Translations under genes and position numbers: made by a program | Shown: positions 48,122-58,361 of the stretch, in pieces | Layout: each line of letters opens with the position of its first letter | How positions within the stretch are numbered: the stretch's first letter is position 1 | The notes under the pieces: model-generated | The model's input: only the letters and a program-made list of their open reading frames with translations | The model's database searches: none | Told to the model about the DNA's origin: nothing | Source of the DNA: Bacteriovoracaceae bacterium | GTDB lineage: Bacteria > Bdellovibrionota > Bacteriovoracia > Bacteriovoracales > Bacteriovoracaceae | DNA: 64,000 nucleotides | Direction of reading: 5' to 3' | Assembly (NCBI GenBank): GCA_965217035.1 | Contig: OZ244226.1 | Span: 1,904,146-1,968,145, forward strand

Positions 48122-50716
48122 TTGATGATAATGAATCTAAGGTCAGATTTTTTCATTGTTTTAATTGCTCTATTAGGGATTTCATCTTCCTGCCCTGCAA
48201 AAATTTTATCAATTGGTCCAGAAAAAAATTACCTACGTTTAGAAATCGACGCTCAAAAAAATGACATTGATATTATTAAGGAAGGACAATCAATTCGATT
48301 AAACTTTTTTAATGACAGTCTTTACGAATCAGTTTCAAAAGAGTTTTTACAATCAAAAAACACTAAGGGCTATATTCGTGGGATTGAAAATCTTAAAAAC
48401 TCTCAGATCGTTATAGGTTTATCAAATCCAAATATTGAATTATTTTCTTTCTATAGAGATGGAACACGTTCTTATGTTCTTGATCTTTGGAAAACTCCTG
48501 GAAAGTTGAAGGAAAAAACTCCTAAGAAAAAAGTTTCTAAGTTAGTTAGACCAAAGAAAATTAAGAAAACATTCAAAAAGAAAACTGTAAATCCTGTTTT
48601 TGTTGCAAAGTCAAAGCCTAAAAAGAAAATTCGAAAGGATAAAGATTTTCGCTATGGAGCAAGCTTTTATTGGGGGTATCAAGCACTCATGCCAGAGGTT
48701 AGAACCACTCTTAAGGTTGAAAATAAAACTCCTGAGTTCTATTACCCAATCATAAATAGGCGTTATGAAGAGTCGAATCTAGAATCTCATCTACAAGCTG
48801 CAATTGAATTTTATAAAAAAGAAAAATACGGATTCATGAGCAAGTCAATTAAGCTTTTTGAAGAACAATATCCTGGTCATAAAGAAGGTGAATTGATTAG
48901 TTACTTAAAAGGGAATGCTCTTTTAAGGCAATATATCAATAAAGATAATAGCGAGTATCTCAATACGAGCCTGGTGATTTTTGAAGAGCTTGCAGAAAGA
49001 ACACAAAACTATGAATTAAAAAAATCAATTTATCTTTATCTCATTCATTTTTATCTTCACAATAAAAATATCATTAAAAGTCTAGGGAGTTCGAAAAGGC
49101 TTTATGTCATAGGGACACAAAATTTTGATGAAGAGGCGGTCTATTTCTCTTCTGAAGTTATTTTAAACTCTTTGGCCCGTCTTAGGCAAAAAGACAAAAT
49201 AGAAAAATTTCTTCAAGAACCAGTGGTTAAAAAGTTTTTAAAAGAGCAAATCGGAGTGGGTTATAAGATCTATGTCATGCTTCTTAATAAGAAATATGAT
49301 GAAATTATTTCTTATTATGAAAGTATAAAAGAAGGTCTTCAAAAACCAGTAAATCCTTCTATTGTTTTCAATGTAGGAGAATCTTACTTTCAAGTCGCTG
49401 AGTACAGAAAATCGATGACTCTTTATATGGACTTTGTTAAAGATTATTCCTTCTTAAAGTTTTCATCTTATGCAAGAAACAGAGTGGCCATCAGTGCAGA
49501 TCTATTAGACGGAAAAAGAAAAGATGTAACAGCTCTTTATAAGAAGGCAATAGATTTAAGCTCTATTCCGAAAGCAAGGTACGAGGCTAAGCTAAGATAT
49601 GTTGGCTTTGAATACTTACGCTCTCAAAAAAACCGTAAGAATCAAAATTTACTTTCCTTGATGGATTATTCAAAAACAGAAGAGCGTCAGCTTGATGATA
49701 ATTTAAAAAAGCTTCTCTGGTCAGTACGACTTCGCTCTTTAATTGTTGATGGTAATTATAAGAAGGCGATTGCTTATTATCATACAATCCCTCTGAACAT
49801 TATGACTTTTTATGATCGAGAAGTTTTTGAGCAAGATTTTCATGAAGCATTATTTGGTGAGATTAAGAAAAATTATCAAAATAAAAATTATGCTAAAGTT
49901 GTTAAACTCTCAGAACTTTATAAAACAGTTAATCAAAAGTATGTAAAGGACGATCAATCGATTAATTATTATTCAGCTCTCTCTTATATGAAGCTTGGAT
50001 TTATGAAGGAATTCTCTGAGATTATGGAAAGTTTTAGAGGAAAGAAAGGAAATCTTAAAATTAAAGAATTCCCTGTATGGGTAGCTAGAAATCAAAATGA
50101 GATAAGTTTTCCAAATATTTATATGAGGAAATATATTGCTGAAAAGAACTGGAAGGATCTTGAACGATATTATCTTTCATTGAAATCGAAGAATATTTAT
50201 TTGCAAGAGAAATACCTTCTTTCACTTTATAAGCAAAAGAAGTGGAAGAAGTATGTTGCTGAATCAGAAAAGATATTCTTGAAAGGCGAATACAAAGAAC
50301 TAAAAGGTGAGGATTTTGATCGACTAGTTGTAAATTACATTGTTTCTCTAAAAGAGTCTGATTCGAAGAATTATCTGCAGAAATTAGAAGCAATTGTGAA
50401 AGATAGTTACATTGCTGACTTACCTGAATTACTTGAGAAAATACTTTATACTCTAGCGGAGGAGTATTCTGTTGATAAATTGAAGAATGCTAGGAGCATT
50501 GCGACAGTGTGGAAAGAATTTGATAGATCTTTTCCTCAATCAGAATACCATTCTAGAGTAAAATATATATACGGGATCTCCTTGATCAAATCATTTGATA
50601 AGGAGAAAGGAATCCAAGTTCTTAAGGAGATTTTGGAGGATGAAAAGAGTCCCAACTACTTAAAGAAGTTAGCTCGAACGGAACTAACTTTCTCAGGAGA
50701 GATTACGAAAATATAA
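48122..50716 (+). CDS. Large exported TPR/alpha-solenoid protein
   Basis: Signal-like N-terminus, beta-rich domain (FSFYRDGTRSYVLDLW), Lys-rich linker, long helical repeats (FNVGESYFQVAEYRKS). Confidence 0.8.
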   Translation: MMIMNLRSDFFIVLIALLGISSSCPAKILSIGPEKNYLRLEIDAQKNDIDIIKEGQSIRLNFFNDSLYESVSKEFLQSKNTKGYIRGIENLKNSQIVIGLSNPNIELFSFYRDGTRSYVLDLWKTPGKLKEKTPKKKVSKLVRPKKIKKTFKKKTVNPVFVAKSKPKKKIRKDKDFRYGASFYWGYQALMPEVRTTLKVENKTPEFYYPIINRRYEESNLESHLQAAIEFYKKEKYGFMSKSIKLFEEQYPGHKEGELISYLKGNALLRQYINKDNSEYLNTSLVIFEELAERTQNYELKKSIYLYLIHFYLHNKNIIKSLGSSKRLYVIGTQNFDEEAVYFSSEVILNSLARLRQKDKIEKFLQEPVVKKFLKEQIGVGYKIYVMLLNKKYDEIISYYESIKEGLQKPVNPSIVFNVGESYFQVAEYRKSMTLYMDFVKDYSFLKFSSYARNRVAISADLLDGKRKDVTALYKKAIDLSSIPKARYEAKLRYVGFEYLRSQKNRKNQNLLSLMDYSKTEERQLDDNLKKLLWSVRLRSLIVDGNYKKAIAYYHTIPLNIMTFYDREVFEQDFHEALFGEIKKNYQNKNYAKVVKLSELYKTVNQKYVKDDQSINYYSALSYMKLGFMKEFSEIMESFRGKKGNLKIKEFPVWVARNQNEISFPNIYMRKYIAEKNWKDLERYYLSLKSKNIYLQEKYLLSLYKQKKWKKYVAESEKIFLKGEYKELKGEDFDRLVVNYIVSLKESDSKNYLQKLEAIVKDSYIADLPELLEKILYTLAEEYSVDKLKNARSIATVWKEFDRSFPQSEYHSRVKYIYGISLIKSFDKEKGIQVLKEILEDEKSPNYLKKLARTELTFSGEITKI

Positions 50717-50760
50717 AGGAATTATATTAATCACATTTGGCAACAAAGACAGGAGGTCTA

Positions 50761-51699
50761 ATGTTAGTCGGAAACAACGAAATCATCGGTATTAACCCAA
50801 AATTTTTGAAGGCAGTGGAATTTGCACGAAACGTTGCCGTTACTAAGTCGCCCCTTCTTATTGTAGGAGAAGCGGGAACAGGAAAAAGAACTCTTTGTGA
50901 TTATATTCACCAGAATTCGGCGAGAAAAGAAAAGCCGTTTTTAGTAGTAGATTGTTCAAAGAAGGCGAAAGAAGTTGAAAATGAGATTCTCGGTTACAGA
51001 GACGAAGAAGGGCATTTTCATAAAGGTGTTCTTGAACGGGCCAATAGCGGAATGGTTGTTTTTGCTAATATCGAGTCACTTGAAGAAAATTTTCAAAAAA
51101 AGCTTTATACAATTCTTAGTGAGCTTGCAGATTATGATCTAGATATTAGAGCAATTGCTACGACAACGAAGAATCTTTCTAAGTATGTTGGATCAGGGCG
51201 TTTTTACCGAGCGCTTTTTTCATTCTTTAGTGGAACACAGATTACGATGCCAGCACTTAGAGATAGAAAAGAAGACCTCCGAACAATTACTGAATACTTT
51301 TGTCGAAAATACTCAACTGAACTAGGTGTCGGAATTACAAATATCAGTGAAGAAGCTCTAGACAAGATAGCATCTATCTATTGGGCTCAAAACTATAGTG
51401 AGTTCTCAATTGTGATGGAAAATACAGTAAAGAACTGTATGAATGGAATCATCGATAAAACAGCGATTGAGAATGGAGAAAGAAAATCAGATAGTCGACT
51501 CAGTGATGATGATGAGGATACTTTAAAGCTTATGTCTTTGAAAGAAGCGGAAAAGCTTCTTATCAAGAAAGCTCTTATTCACACATCTGAAAATAGAACT
51601 CAAGCAGCTAAAATTCTTGGTGTTTCTATTAGAACTTTAAGAAACAAGATTAACGAATACAGAAACGAAGGTTCTCAGTATTTTGTTAACTTAAGATAG
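50761..51699 (+). CDS. Atypical sigma54-activator-family protein (AAA+ and Fis HTH; no receiver, no GAFTGA)
   Basis: AGGAGG RBS; GEAGTGKR; ENEILGYRDEEGHFHKG in place of GAFTGA; VFANIE in place of FLDEI; NRTQAAKILGVSIRTLRNKI. Confidence 0.85.
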   Translation: MLVGNNEIIGINPKFLKAVEFARNVAVTKSPLLIVGEAGTGKRTLCDYIHQNSARKEKPFLVVDCSKKAKEVENEILGYRDEEGHFHKGVLERANSGMVVFANIESLEENFQKKLYTILSELADYDLDIRAIATTTKNLSKYVGSGRFYRALFSFFSGTQITMPALRDRKEDLRTITEYFCRKYSTELGVGITNISEEALDKIASIYWAQNYSEFSIVMENTVKNCMNGIIDKTAIENGERKSDSRLSDDDEDTLKLMSLKEAEKLLIKKALIHTSENRTQAAKILGVSIRTLRNKINEYRNEGSQYFVNLR

Positions 51700-51704
51700 G
51701 CAGT

Positions 51705-52112
51705 ATGGACGTAAATGATAAAACCTTACAAGCATTAGCGACAGCAATCAATTTCCGACAAATGCGTCAGAAGTTGATTGCATCAAATATAGCAAATGCA
51801 GAAACACCTGGTTACAAGGCAAAACGACTGGATTTTGAAAAAGCCTTGCAGTCTGCACTAGATGTTGAAGGTGATAATCGTTTGAATACTTCTGATGACC
51901 GTCACTTTAAAGTTGGTGGCGGTGGAATGGCTTCACTTGAGCCTTCAATCTATGTTGATCCCAATGATGTTGTCAGTGATGATGGGAACAATGTAGACAT
52001 GGAAGCAGAGATGGTGAAGATGGATGAAAACAAAATGATGTTTGATGCGGCAGTACAACTGCTTAATAAAAAACTGGCTCTCAGAAAATACATCCTCAAT
52101 TCAGAAAAGTAG
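51705..52112 (+). CDS. flgB: Flagellar basal-body rod protein FlgB
   Basis: RQKLIASNIANAETPGYKA, DGNNVDME. Confidence 0.95.
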   Translation: MDVNDKTLQALATAINFRQMRQKLIASNIANAETPGYKAKRLDFEKALQSALDVEGDNRLNTSDDRHFKVGGGGMASLEPSIYVDPNDVVSDDGNNVDMEAEMVKMDENKMMFDAAVQLLNKKLALRKYILNSEK

Positions 52113-52119
52113 GTGGATT

Positions 52120-52557
52120 ATGGATTTATTAACGAGTTTAAAAATTTCTGCAAGCGGGCTTTCAGCTAATAGAAAGAGGATCAAGGCGATCTCTTCCAAT
52201 ATTGCTAATGCCAAGACGACGAGAACGGCGGAAGGTGGGCCTTACCGTCGAAAACAGGTTGTCTTTGGAGCTGAACCTGCAAGAGAGAATTTTTCAGAAA
52301 TTCTTGAGGGCGAGATTGGTGAGCACGCTCAATCTGTTCATGCGACAGAGGTAATCTCTGATAATGCTCCTCCAAGACCTGAATACGATCCAAACCATGT
52401 CGATGCAGATGAAAAGGGATATGTTTATTATCCTGATATCAATGTAATGGAAGAAATGGCAGATATGATTTCTGCTCAGCGAGCTTATGAAGCTAATATT
52501 TCTGCGATTAATGCGGTCAAGAGCATGGCCAACAAGTCTCTGGATATAGGGAAATAA
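52120..52557 (+). CDS. flgC: Flagellar basal-body rod protein FlgC
   Basis: ISASGL, SNIANAKTTR, GPYRRK, YDPNH, EMADMISAQRAYEAN. Confidence 0.96.
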   Translation: MDLLTSLKISASGLSANRKRIKAISSNIANAKTTRTAEGGPYRRKQVVFGAEPARENFSEILEGEIGEHAQSVHATEVISDNAPPRPEYDPNHVDADEKGYVYYPDINVMEEMADMISAQRAYEANISAINAVKSMANKSLDIGK

Positions 52558-52567
52558 GGAGTAAGTC

Positions 52568-52945
52568 ATGGCGATTAAAGACGTAGGGCAAATGACTCAG
52601 CTACTAAAAAATTATGATGCTAATTCATGGACTGGAAAGATTAATAAGTCACGGGAATTTGGTTTTCAGAATAATATTGAGGGGTTCGAAAACGAAATCT
52701 CAGGAGGCATTGATGGTGCTTCTGGAAAAACATTTGGGGAGTTTCTTGTCGATAGTATTTCGAAAGTTAATGACTTACAAGTTGAAGCGAACTCGGCTGT
52801 TCAAAAGTTAGCATCGGGAAAAACTAAAAATGTTGCAGAGACATTACTAACAGTAGAAAAAGCGGAGCTTGCATTTAAGACAATGAATCAAGTTCGTCAA
52901 AAAGTAATAGACGCTTATCGTGAGATTATGAGGATGCAATTGTAG
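52568..52945 (+). CDS. fliE: Flagellar hook-basal body protein FliE
   Basis: FGEFLVDSISKVN, EKAELAF, VRQKVIDAYREIMRMQL. Confidence 0.95.
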   Translation: MAIKDVGQMTQLLKNYDANSWTGKINKSREFGFQNNIEGFENEISGGIDGASGKTFGEFLVDSISKVNDLQVEANSAVQKLASGKTKNVAETLLTVEKAELAFKTMNQVRQKVIDAYREIMRMQL

Positions 52946-52964
52946 CATTTCTTAAGGAGGACTT

Positions 52965-54650
52965 TTGGGAAAAGCGGTTCAAGATTTAATTTCTAACTTT
53001 ATAGACTTCTTTAGAGGTCTCGATACGGTTAAGAAGTTCGGATTCATATTCTCTGCGGTTGCTATTGTCTCGATTTTTATAGGTATTTTTGCCTGGATAA
53101 CGAAGAGTCAATATAGCGTTCTTTATACCAACCTAAACAAAGAGGATGCCCTACAAGTTTCGAGATTCTTGAAAGAAAGTAAAATTCCATATCTTGTTAG
53201 TAATGATGGAAAAGTCATTCAGATCCCAGAAGATAAAGTTGAGATTTGGAGACTAGAGATTGCTAAAAAAGGAATTAAATTTTCAAGCACTATAGGTTAT
53301 GAAGTTTTTGATAATCAATCTTTTGGAACAACAAGTTTTGTTCAAAAGATTAATAAACAAAGAGCTCTTGAAGGTGAGCTTATTAAAACAATTAAGCACA
53401 TCAATGGAGTCAATAGAGCGAGAGTACATTTGTCTATTCCAGAATCAAGTCCATTTGTAAGCGAGAAGAAACCACCTGCGGCTTCAGTTGTCCTTGAGCT
53501 TGATAATGGATATAACATGACTCCAGATGAGATTAAGGGAATTGCCTCTCTTATCTCTGCTTCAGTCGATGGAATGAGACAGCAGGATGTTGTTATCCTT
53601 GATGCGCGAGGAAAAAAACTTTCTGAAAATATTGGAGATGCAGTTACTGCTGAAACTGCAAATCGAGTGGCTTTTGAATCTAAACTTAACCGTAAATATG
53701 AACAACAAATCGAAGAAATTCTTTCTAAGGTTGTTGGTGAAGGAAAGGTTATTGCGAAAGTTGCTGTAAAAATGGACTTTACAGAGGCCGTTGAAACGAA
53801 AACGGAATACGATCAGGAAAATACAGCAGTATTTTCTGAAGTGAGTAACACAGAAAGACTTCAGGGAAAAAGGCCTTCTCCTCAAGGGATTCCAGGAGCA
53901 AGGAGTAATTTGCCAGGAGAGACACCCCAACCAGGCATTCCAGAAACGAGTAATGATTTAAATAAGGTTCATTCGACTAAGAACTTCAATGTCCCTAAAA
54001 AAGTTACGCGATCAAGAAGGCCATCTGCCCAGGTTCAAAATATCAGCGCAGCTGTTATGTTAGATGGTAAAAGAGTTCCGATTCTTAATGAGGGTGCGCC
54101 TGTCATGGACGAAAATGGTAGTGTTAAAACACAATATCAGGCTTGGACTCAGGCAGAAATCGATAATTTTAGAGATATTGTAGCTTCTACATTAGGTATC
54201 AATCTTGATAGAGGGGATTCAATTGTTATTAAAAATATGGAATTTGCTCAAGAAGATTTAGCTGCAGCTGAAGCTCTTATTACAAAACAAGAAAGACAAA
54301 AACTTATTCGAAATCTAGCAAAATATGGAATTATTGGTACGATTGTCGCATTGTTTATATTCTTTGTTGCGAGACCATTTATTCAGTGGATGACTGATAA
54401 CTCAATTCAAACACTAGAAGATTTTTTACCAAAAACGTTAGAAGAACTTGAAGCAATTCAGGAAAATCAGAAATTACCTGGTTTAGAAGATGCTCTTCCT
54501 TCGGTTGAAGAGAAGCTTAATCCTGAAAAGCTAGAAGGAAATATGCTAAGGGAAAAAATTATGAATTTAATTGAAGCAAATCCTTCGAAAGCAGCTCAAG
54601 TTGTTACAAGTATGATGTATGAAGTTGATGATAATAAAAAGATTGCCTAA
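52965..54650 (+). CDS. fliF: Flagellar MS-ring protein FliF
   Basis: AAGGAGG RBS with TTG start; GYEVFDNQSFGTTSF, RALEGEL, ARVHL, AASV, GIPGARSN; two TMs. Confidence 0.95.
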   Translation: MGKAVQDLISNFIDFFRGLDTVKKFGFIFSAVAIVSIFIGIFAWITKSQYSVLYTNLNKEDALQVSRFLKESKIPYLVSNDGKVIQIPEDKVEIWRLEIAKKGIKFSSTIGYEVFDNQSFGTTSFVQKINKQRALEGELIKTIKHINGVNRARVHLSIPESSPFVSEKKPPAASVVLELDNGYNMTPDEIKGIASLISASVDGMRQQDVVILDARGKKLSENIGDAVTAETANRVAFESKLNRKYEQQIEEILSKVVGEGKVIAKVAVKMDFTEAVETKTEYDQENTAVFSEVSNTERLQGKRPSPQGIPGARSNLPGETPQPGIPETSNDLNKVHSTKNFNVPKKVTRSRRPSAQVQNISAAVMLDGKRVPILNEGAPVMDENGSVKTQYQAWTQAEIDNFRDIVASTLGINLDRGDSIVIKNMEFAQEDLAAAEALITKQERQKLIRNLAKYGIIGTIVALFIFFVARPFIQWMTDNSIQTLEDFLPKTLEELEAIQENQKLPGLEDALPSVEEKLNPEKLEGNMLREKIMNLIEANPSKAAQVVTSMMYEVDDNKKIA

Positions 54651-54663
54651 TTAAGGAAAGATT

Positions 54664-55692
54664 ATGAAAGGTACGGTAGATCCAGATGTTGAATATGCAT
54701 TATTGAGTGGGCAGGACAAATCAGCCATTTTACTCAGTACTCTTGGAGCGAATGCTACAAAGCTTATTTTCAAACATATGAAAGACAATGATGTTAAAAA
54801 AATTGTTAACACAATGTCGACAATTTCGAAAACTCCAATCTGGATGGTCAAAAGAATTCTTGAAGATTTTTTCTCATCAATCAATGAAGATCAAAACTTA
54901 CTATTTTCTGAAAATAAAGGAAAGGATTTTATCCTTTCAACTCTGGGAGAGGACAGAGCGAGACAAATTTTAGGACAAGTTGTTGAAGTCGGAAGCCAAA
55001 GAACTCTTGAATCTCTTGAACTTGTTGATACAAGAACTTTATCGAACTTCCTTGTTAATGAACATCCGCAGACAATAGCTTTAATTGTCGCTCATTTAAT
55101 TCCTGAGAAGAAGGTTGATGTTATTAGAAGACTTCCCGATGCACTTCAAGCTGAAGTTGTCTTGAGAATTGCGAATCTCGATTATGTTTCTCCTGAGCTG
55201 ATTGTTCAACTTGATGATGTTTTAAAAACAGAACTTTCAATCCTTGGGTCGATCGATACCAATCAAATTGGTGGTGTTGCTCCAATCGCTGAGATGCTCA
55301 ATATGATGGAGAAATCTGCGGAAAAATCAGTCATGGGGCGAGTCGAAGAAAAAGATCCAGAACTTGCAGAAGAGATCAGAAAACTCATGTTTGTTTTCGA
55401 AGATCTTATCTATGTTGATGATGGAGGAATTCAAGAACTTCTCAAGGTTGCTGATAGTCAAAAACTTATTATGGGACTTAAAACTGCACCTGAAGAAGTC
55501 AAATCGAAACTCTTCAAGAATATGTCTGCAAGAGCTTCAAATTTACTCAAAGAAGATCTTGAGGCAATGGGACCTGTTAAGCTTTCTGATGTTGAGAAGG
55601 CTCAAGCTGAAATTATTCAGGTAGTCAAAGATCTTGAACAGAAAGGAAAAGCAATTATCTCCAGAGGTGGTGAAGGAGAAACTCTCGTTTAG
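54664..55692 (+). CDS. fliG: Flagellar motor switch protein FliG
   Basis: EHPQTIALI, GG, MFVFEDL, NMSARA, GPVKLSDVEKAQ. Confidence 0.96.
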   Translation: MKGTVDPDVEYALLSGQDKSAILLSTLGANATKLIFKHMKDNDVKKIVNTMSTISKTPIWMVKRILEDFFSSINEDQNLLFSENKGKDFILSTLGEDRARQILGQVVEVGSQRTLESLELVDTRTLSNFLVNEHPQTIALIVAHLIPEKKVDVIRRLPDALQAEVVLRIANLDYVSPELIVQLDDVLKTELSILGSIDTNQIGGVAPIAEMLNMMEKSAEKSVMGRVEEKDPELAEEIRKLMFVFEDLIYVDDGGIQELLKVADSQKLIMGLKTAPEEVKSKLFKNMSARASNLLKEDLEAMGPVKLSDVEKAQAEIIQVVKDLEQKGKAIISRGGEGETLV

Positions 55693-55700
55693 GGTGAAGT

Positions 55701-56519
55701 ATGACTATAAAAAAACAGGATAGTAACTTATTTGATATTCAAGAGTACCAATTTGGTGAATTCCAAAATACTACTTATGGTGTAGAAGATTTTGAATTTG
55801 GTGAAATAGATAAAAATGTTATTCAGCAAAGAGAAAACTTAGACAATAATATTAAACCACAACAAGAGTTTTCAAATGCAAGTTCATCGGGCTTTGAAGT
55901 TGAAGAAGTTGTTAGTCGATTTCGAAGGCATGATGACTACAAGAAAAAAAGAATAGAAACTGAAGTTAATGAAAAAATTGAAGCAGTTAAAGAGCAATTT
56001 CGAGAGGAAGCATTTGAAGAAGGTTATGCTAAAGGGCAATCAATAGCTAAAGAAGAACATGAAGAAAGAATGAGTCGATCTTATCAAGACTTTCAAATGA
56101 AAACTAAGGAACTATTTGAAATGCTTGAGAATGAAAAACAAACAATCCTTAATGAATACAAGAAAGGTATTTTGAAAGCGATGAGTAGTATAACGAAATG
56201 GATGATTCTAAAAGAATCGGAGTACGATACTTACACAGAAAGACTTTTGACTCATCTGCTTAAGGAGCTTGATAACTTTAAAAATTTAAGTATTAGCTTT
56301 GATCAAGCAAACTATGACAAGTATAAACCCATTTTAGAGAAGGTCTCAGAGGCTGTTCCTGAGTTAAAGGATTATAAAGTAAAGTCAGACCTTCATCTTA
56401 GGCATAATGGAATAAAGGTTGAGAATGATAAAACAATTCTCGAGTTTTCAGTTGAAAAACAATTTGAGAAGGTTGATGCCATTTTTCAAAAAATAGCAAA
56501 TGATGAATCTACAAACTAG
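55701..56519 (+). CDS. fliH: Flagellar assembly protein FliH
   Basis: AFEEGYAKG (AxxxGxxxG) motif; lies between fliG and fliI. Confidence 0.8.
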   Translation: MTIKKQDSNLFDIQEYQFGEFQNTTYGVEDFEFGEIDKNVIQQRENLDNNIKPQQEFSNASSSGFEVEEVVSRFRRHDDYKKKRIETEVNEKIEAVKEQFREEAFEEGYAKGQSIAKEEHEERMSRSYQDFQMKTKELFEMLENEKQTILNEYKKGILKAMSSITKWMILKESEYDTYTERLLTHLLKELDNFKNLSISFDQANYDKYKPILEKVSEAVPELKDYKVKSDLHLRHNGIKVENDKTILEFSVEKQFEKVDAIFQKIANDESTN

Positions 56520-57894
56520 TCTTAACAAACTCCAGGAAATCGTTAATATCGATTCTCCTTATCATGTAACAGGTAAGATCATTGGTAATCAAGGACTTGC
56601 TTATCAAGTTCATTTAAAAAGTGCATCAATTGGATCTAGTGTCGAATTTATTTGTGAAGATGGTAAATCTGTTCGAGGTGAAGTTGTAGCTTTAAGTGGA
56701 GATTATTGTTTTGTTATGCCTTATAACGAACTTTCTAATGTTAATACAAATACAAAAGTTGTTCTTAGAGATAATATAACTCATATCTATGTCTCAAATG
56801 ATCTAGTTGGACGCGTCGTTGATTTCAATGCAAGGCCGATCGATGGGAAAGGCGAGTTGAAAAAAGAATATGCAGAGAAACGTTCTATTTATCATGTTCC
56901 GACAAATCCTTTAAATAGAAAGCCTATAAATGAACGTTTGAGTACAGGAGTGAAGTCAATTGACTGTTTTACAACTGTGGGGAAGGGGCAAAGAATTGCA
57001 ATTATGGCCGGCTCTGGAGTTGGTAAATCTGTTTTAATGGGAATGATTTCAAAGAATACTTCTGCGCAAGTTAATGTTATCGCATTAATTGGAGAACGGG
57101 GGAGAGAAGTTGTTGAGTTCATTGAAAATGAACTTGGACCGGAAGGAATGGAAAACACTATTGTTGTTTGTTCTACTTCTGATACTTCTGCACTTATGAG
57201 AATCAAGGCAACTTATACAGCGACAACCATTGCTGAATATTTCAGAGACCAAGGTAAAGATGTTCTCTTGATGGTAGATTCTATCACGCGTTTTGCTATG
57301 GCCATGAGAGAGGTCGGAATGAGTGTTGGTGAACCACCAGGACCTAAAGGTTATGGGCCAAGTGTTTTTGCCAAACTTCCTAAGTTGATGGAACGAGCAG
57401 GTTATTTCAAAGAAGGTGGAAGTATTACTGGTATTTATACCGTACTTGTTGAGGGGGGAGACTTTGATGAGCCTATCTCTGATAGTGTTCGATCAATTTC
57501 GGATGGGCATATCGCTCTTTCAAGAGATCTTGCGAGTAAAGGTCATTATCCTGCCATAAGCATTCTTGATTCAGTATCAAGAGTTATGACGAAAGTTGTT
57601 CCGAGAGAACATAGTGTCGTTGCAAACTATTTAAAAGATCTTCTTTCTGCCTATAGAGAATCTGAAGATCTTATTAACGTTGGAGCCTATGCTCCAGGAA
57701 GTAATCCAAGGATTGATAAAGCGGTTAATATTATTGATGATCTCAATGCTCTCTTAAAGCAAGAGGTTGATGAAGAGATTGATTTTCAAGATCTCTTTGA
57801 TTTTATGGTAGATATTGCGAGAAAAGCAGAAAAAGCTGTTAATCCAGAATTATTCAATGAAGCTGAAGATGAGAAAAAAGGACTTGCAGTATGA
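56500..57894 (+). CDS. fliI: Flagellar export ATPase FliI
   Basis: AGSGVGKS, LIGERGREV, DSITRFAMA, GSITG, DGHIALSR. Confidence 0.96.
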   Translation: MMNLQTSLNKLQEIVNIDSPYHVTGKIIGNQGLAYQVHLKSASIGSSVEFICEDGKSVRGEVVALSGDYCFVMPYNELSNVNTNTKVVLRDNITHIYVSNDLVGRVVDFNARPIDGKGELKKEYAEKRSIYHVPTNPLNRKPINERLSTGVKSIDCFTTVGKGQRIAIMAGSGVGKSVLMGMISKNTSAQVNVIALIGERGREVVEFIENELGPEGMENTIVVCSTSDTSALMRIKATYTATTIAEYFRDQGKDVLLMVDSITRFAMAMREVGMSVGEPPGPKGYGPSVFAKLPKLMERAGYFKEGGSITGIYTVLVEGGDFDEPISDSVRSISDGHIALSRDLASKGHYPAISILDSVSRVMTKVVPREHSVVANYLKDLLSAYRESEDLINVGAYAPGSNPRIDKAVNIIDDLNALLKQEVDEEIDFQDLFDFMVDIARKAEKAVNPELFNEAEDEKKGLAV

Positions 57895-58361
57895 GCAAGT
57901 TTAAATTTCGTCTTCAATCTTATCTCGATTTAAAAGTTACAGAAAAAAAGAATTTGGAATATCAACTCGCAATAATGTTAAAAGAAGTATATAGGCATAA
58001 AAAACAAATAGGATTAGATCAAGAAGCAATAAAGTATTTATTAGATAAGTTAAATAGTTCATTGTCAGTAGGTATGCAAGCGGGAATTGCTTCTGCTGCT
58101 CCTGATTCGGTAAGAATAAAAAGAGTTAATATTGGACTTCACGAAGGAGCGATAGAAAAACTCAATAAAGAAGTGGATCAATTAAAAGAAAAACTCTTTC
58201 AAAAAGAAGCCGAGATTAAAGTTCTTCAAGAGATGAAAGACAAAAAGTTTAAAGCGTGGAAGAAGAAAATCGAGAAGAAACGTGATGAAGATAGAGAAGA
58301 GTTAAATAGAATTAGGAAATACTATGAGGAGAAGGAGCAATGGCAAAAATACAGTGGATAA
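57891..58361 (+). CDS. fliJ: Flagellar export chaperone FliJ
   Basis: FKFRLQ start, coiled coil, directly after fliI. Confidence 0.8.
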   Translation: MSKFKFRLQSYLDLKVTEKKNLEYQLAIMLKEVYRHKKQIGLDQEAIKYLLDKLNSSLSVGMQAGIASAAPDSVRIKRVNIGLHEGAIEKLNKEVDQLKEKLFQKEAEIKVLQEMKDKKFKAWKKKIEKKRDEDREELNRIRKYYEEKEQWQKYSG

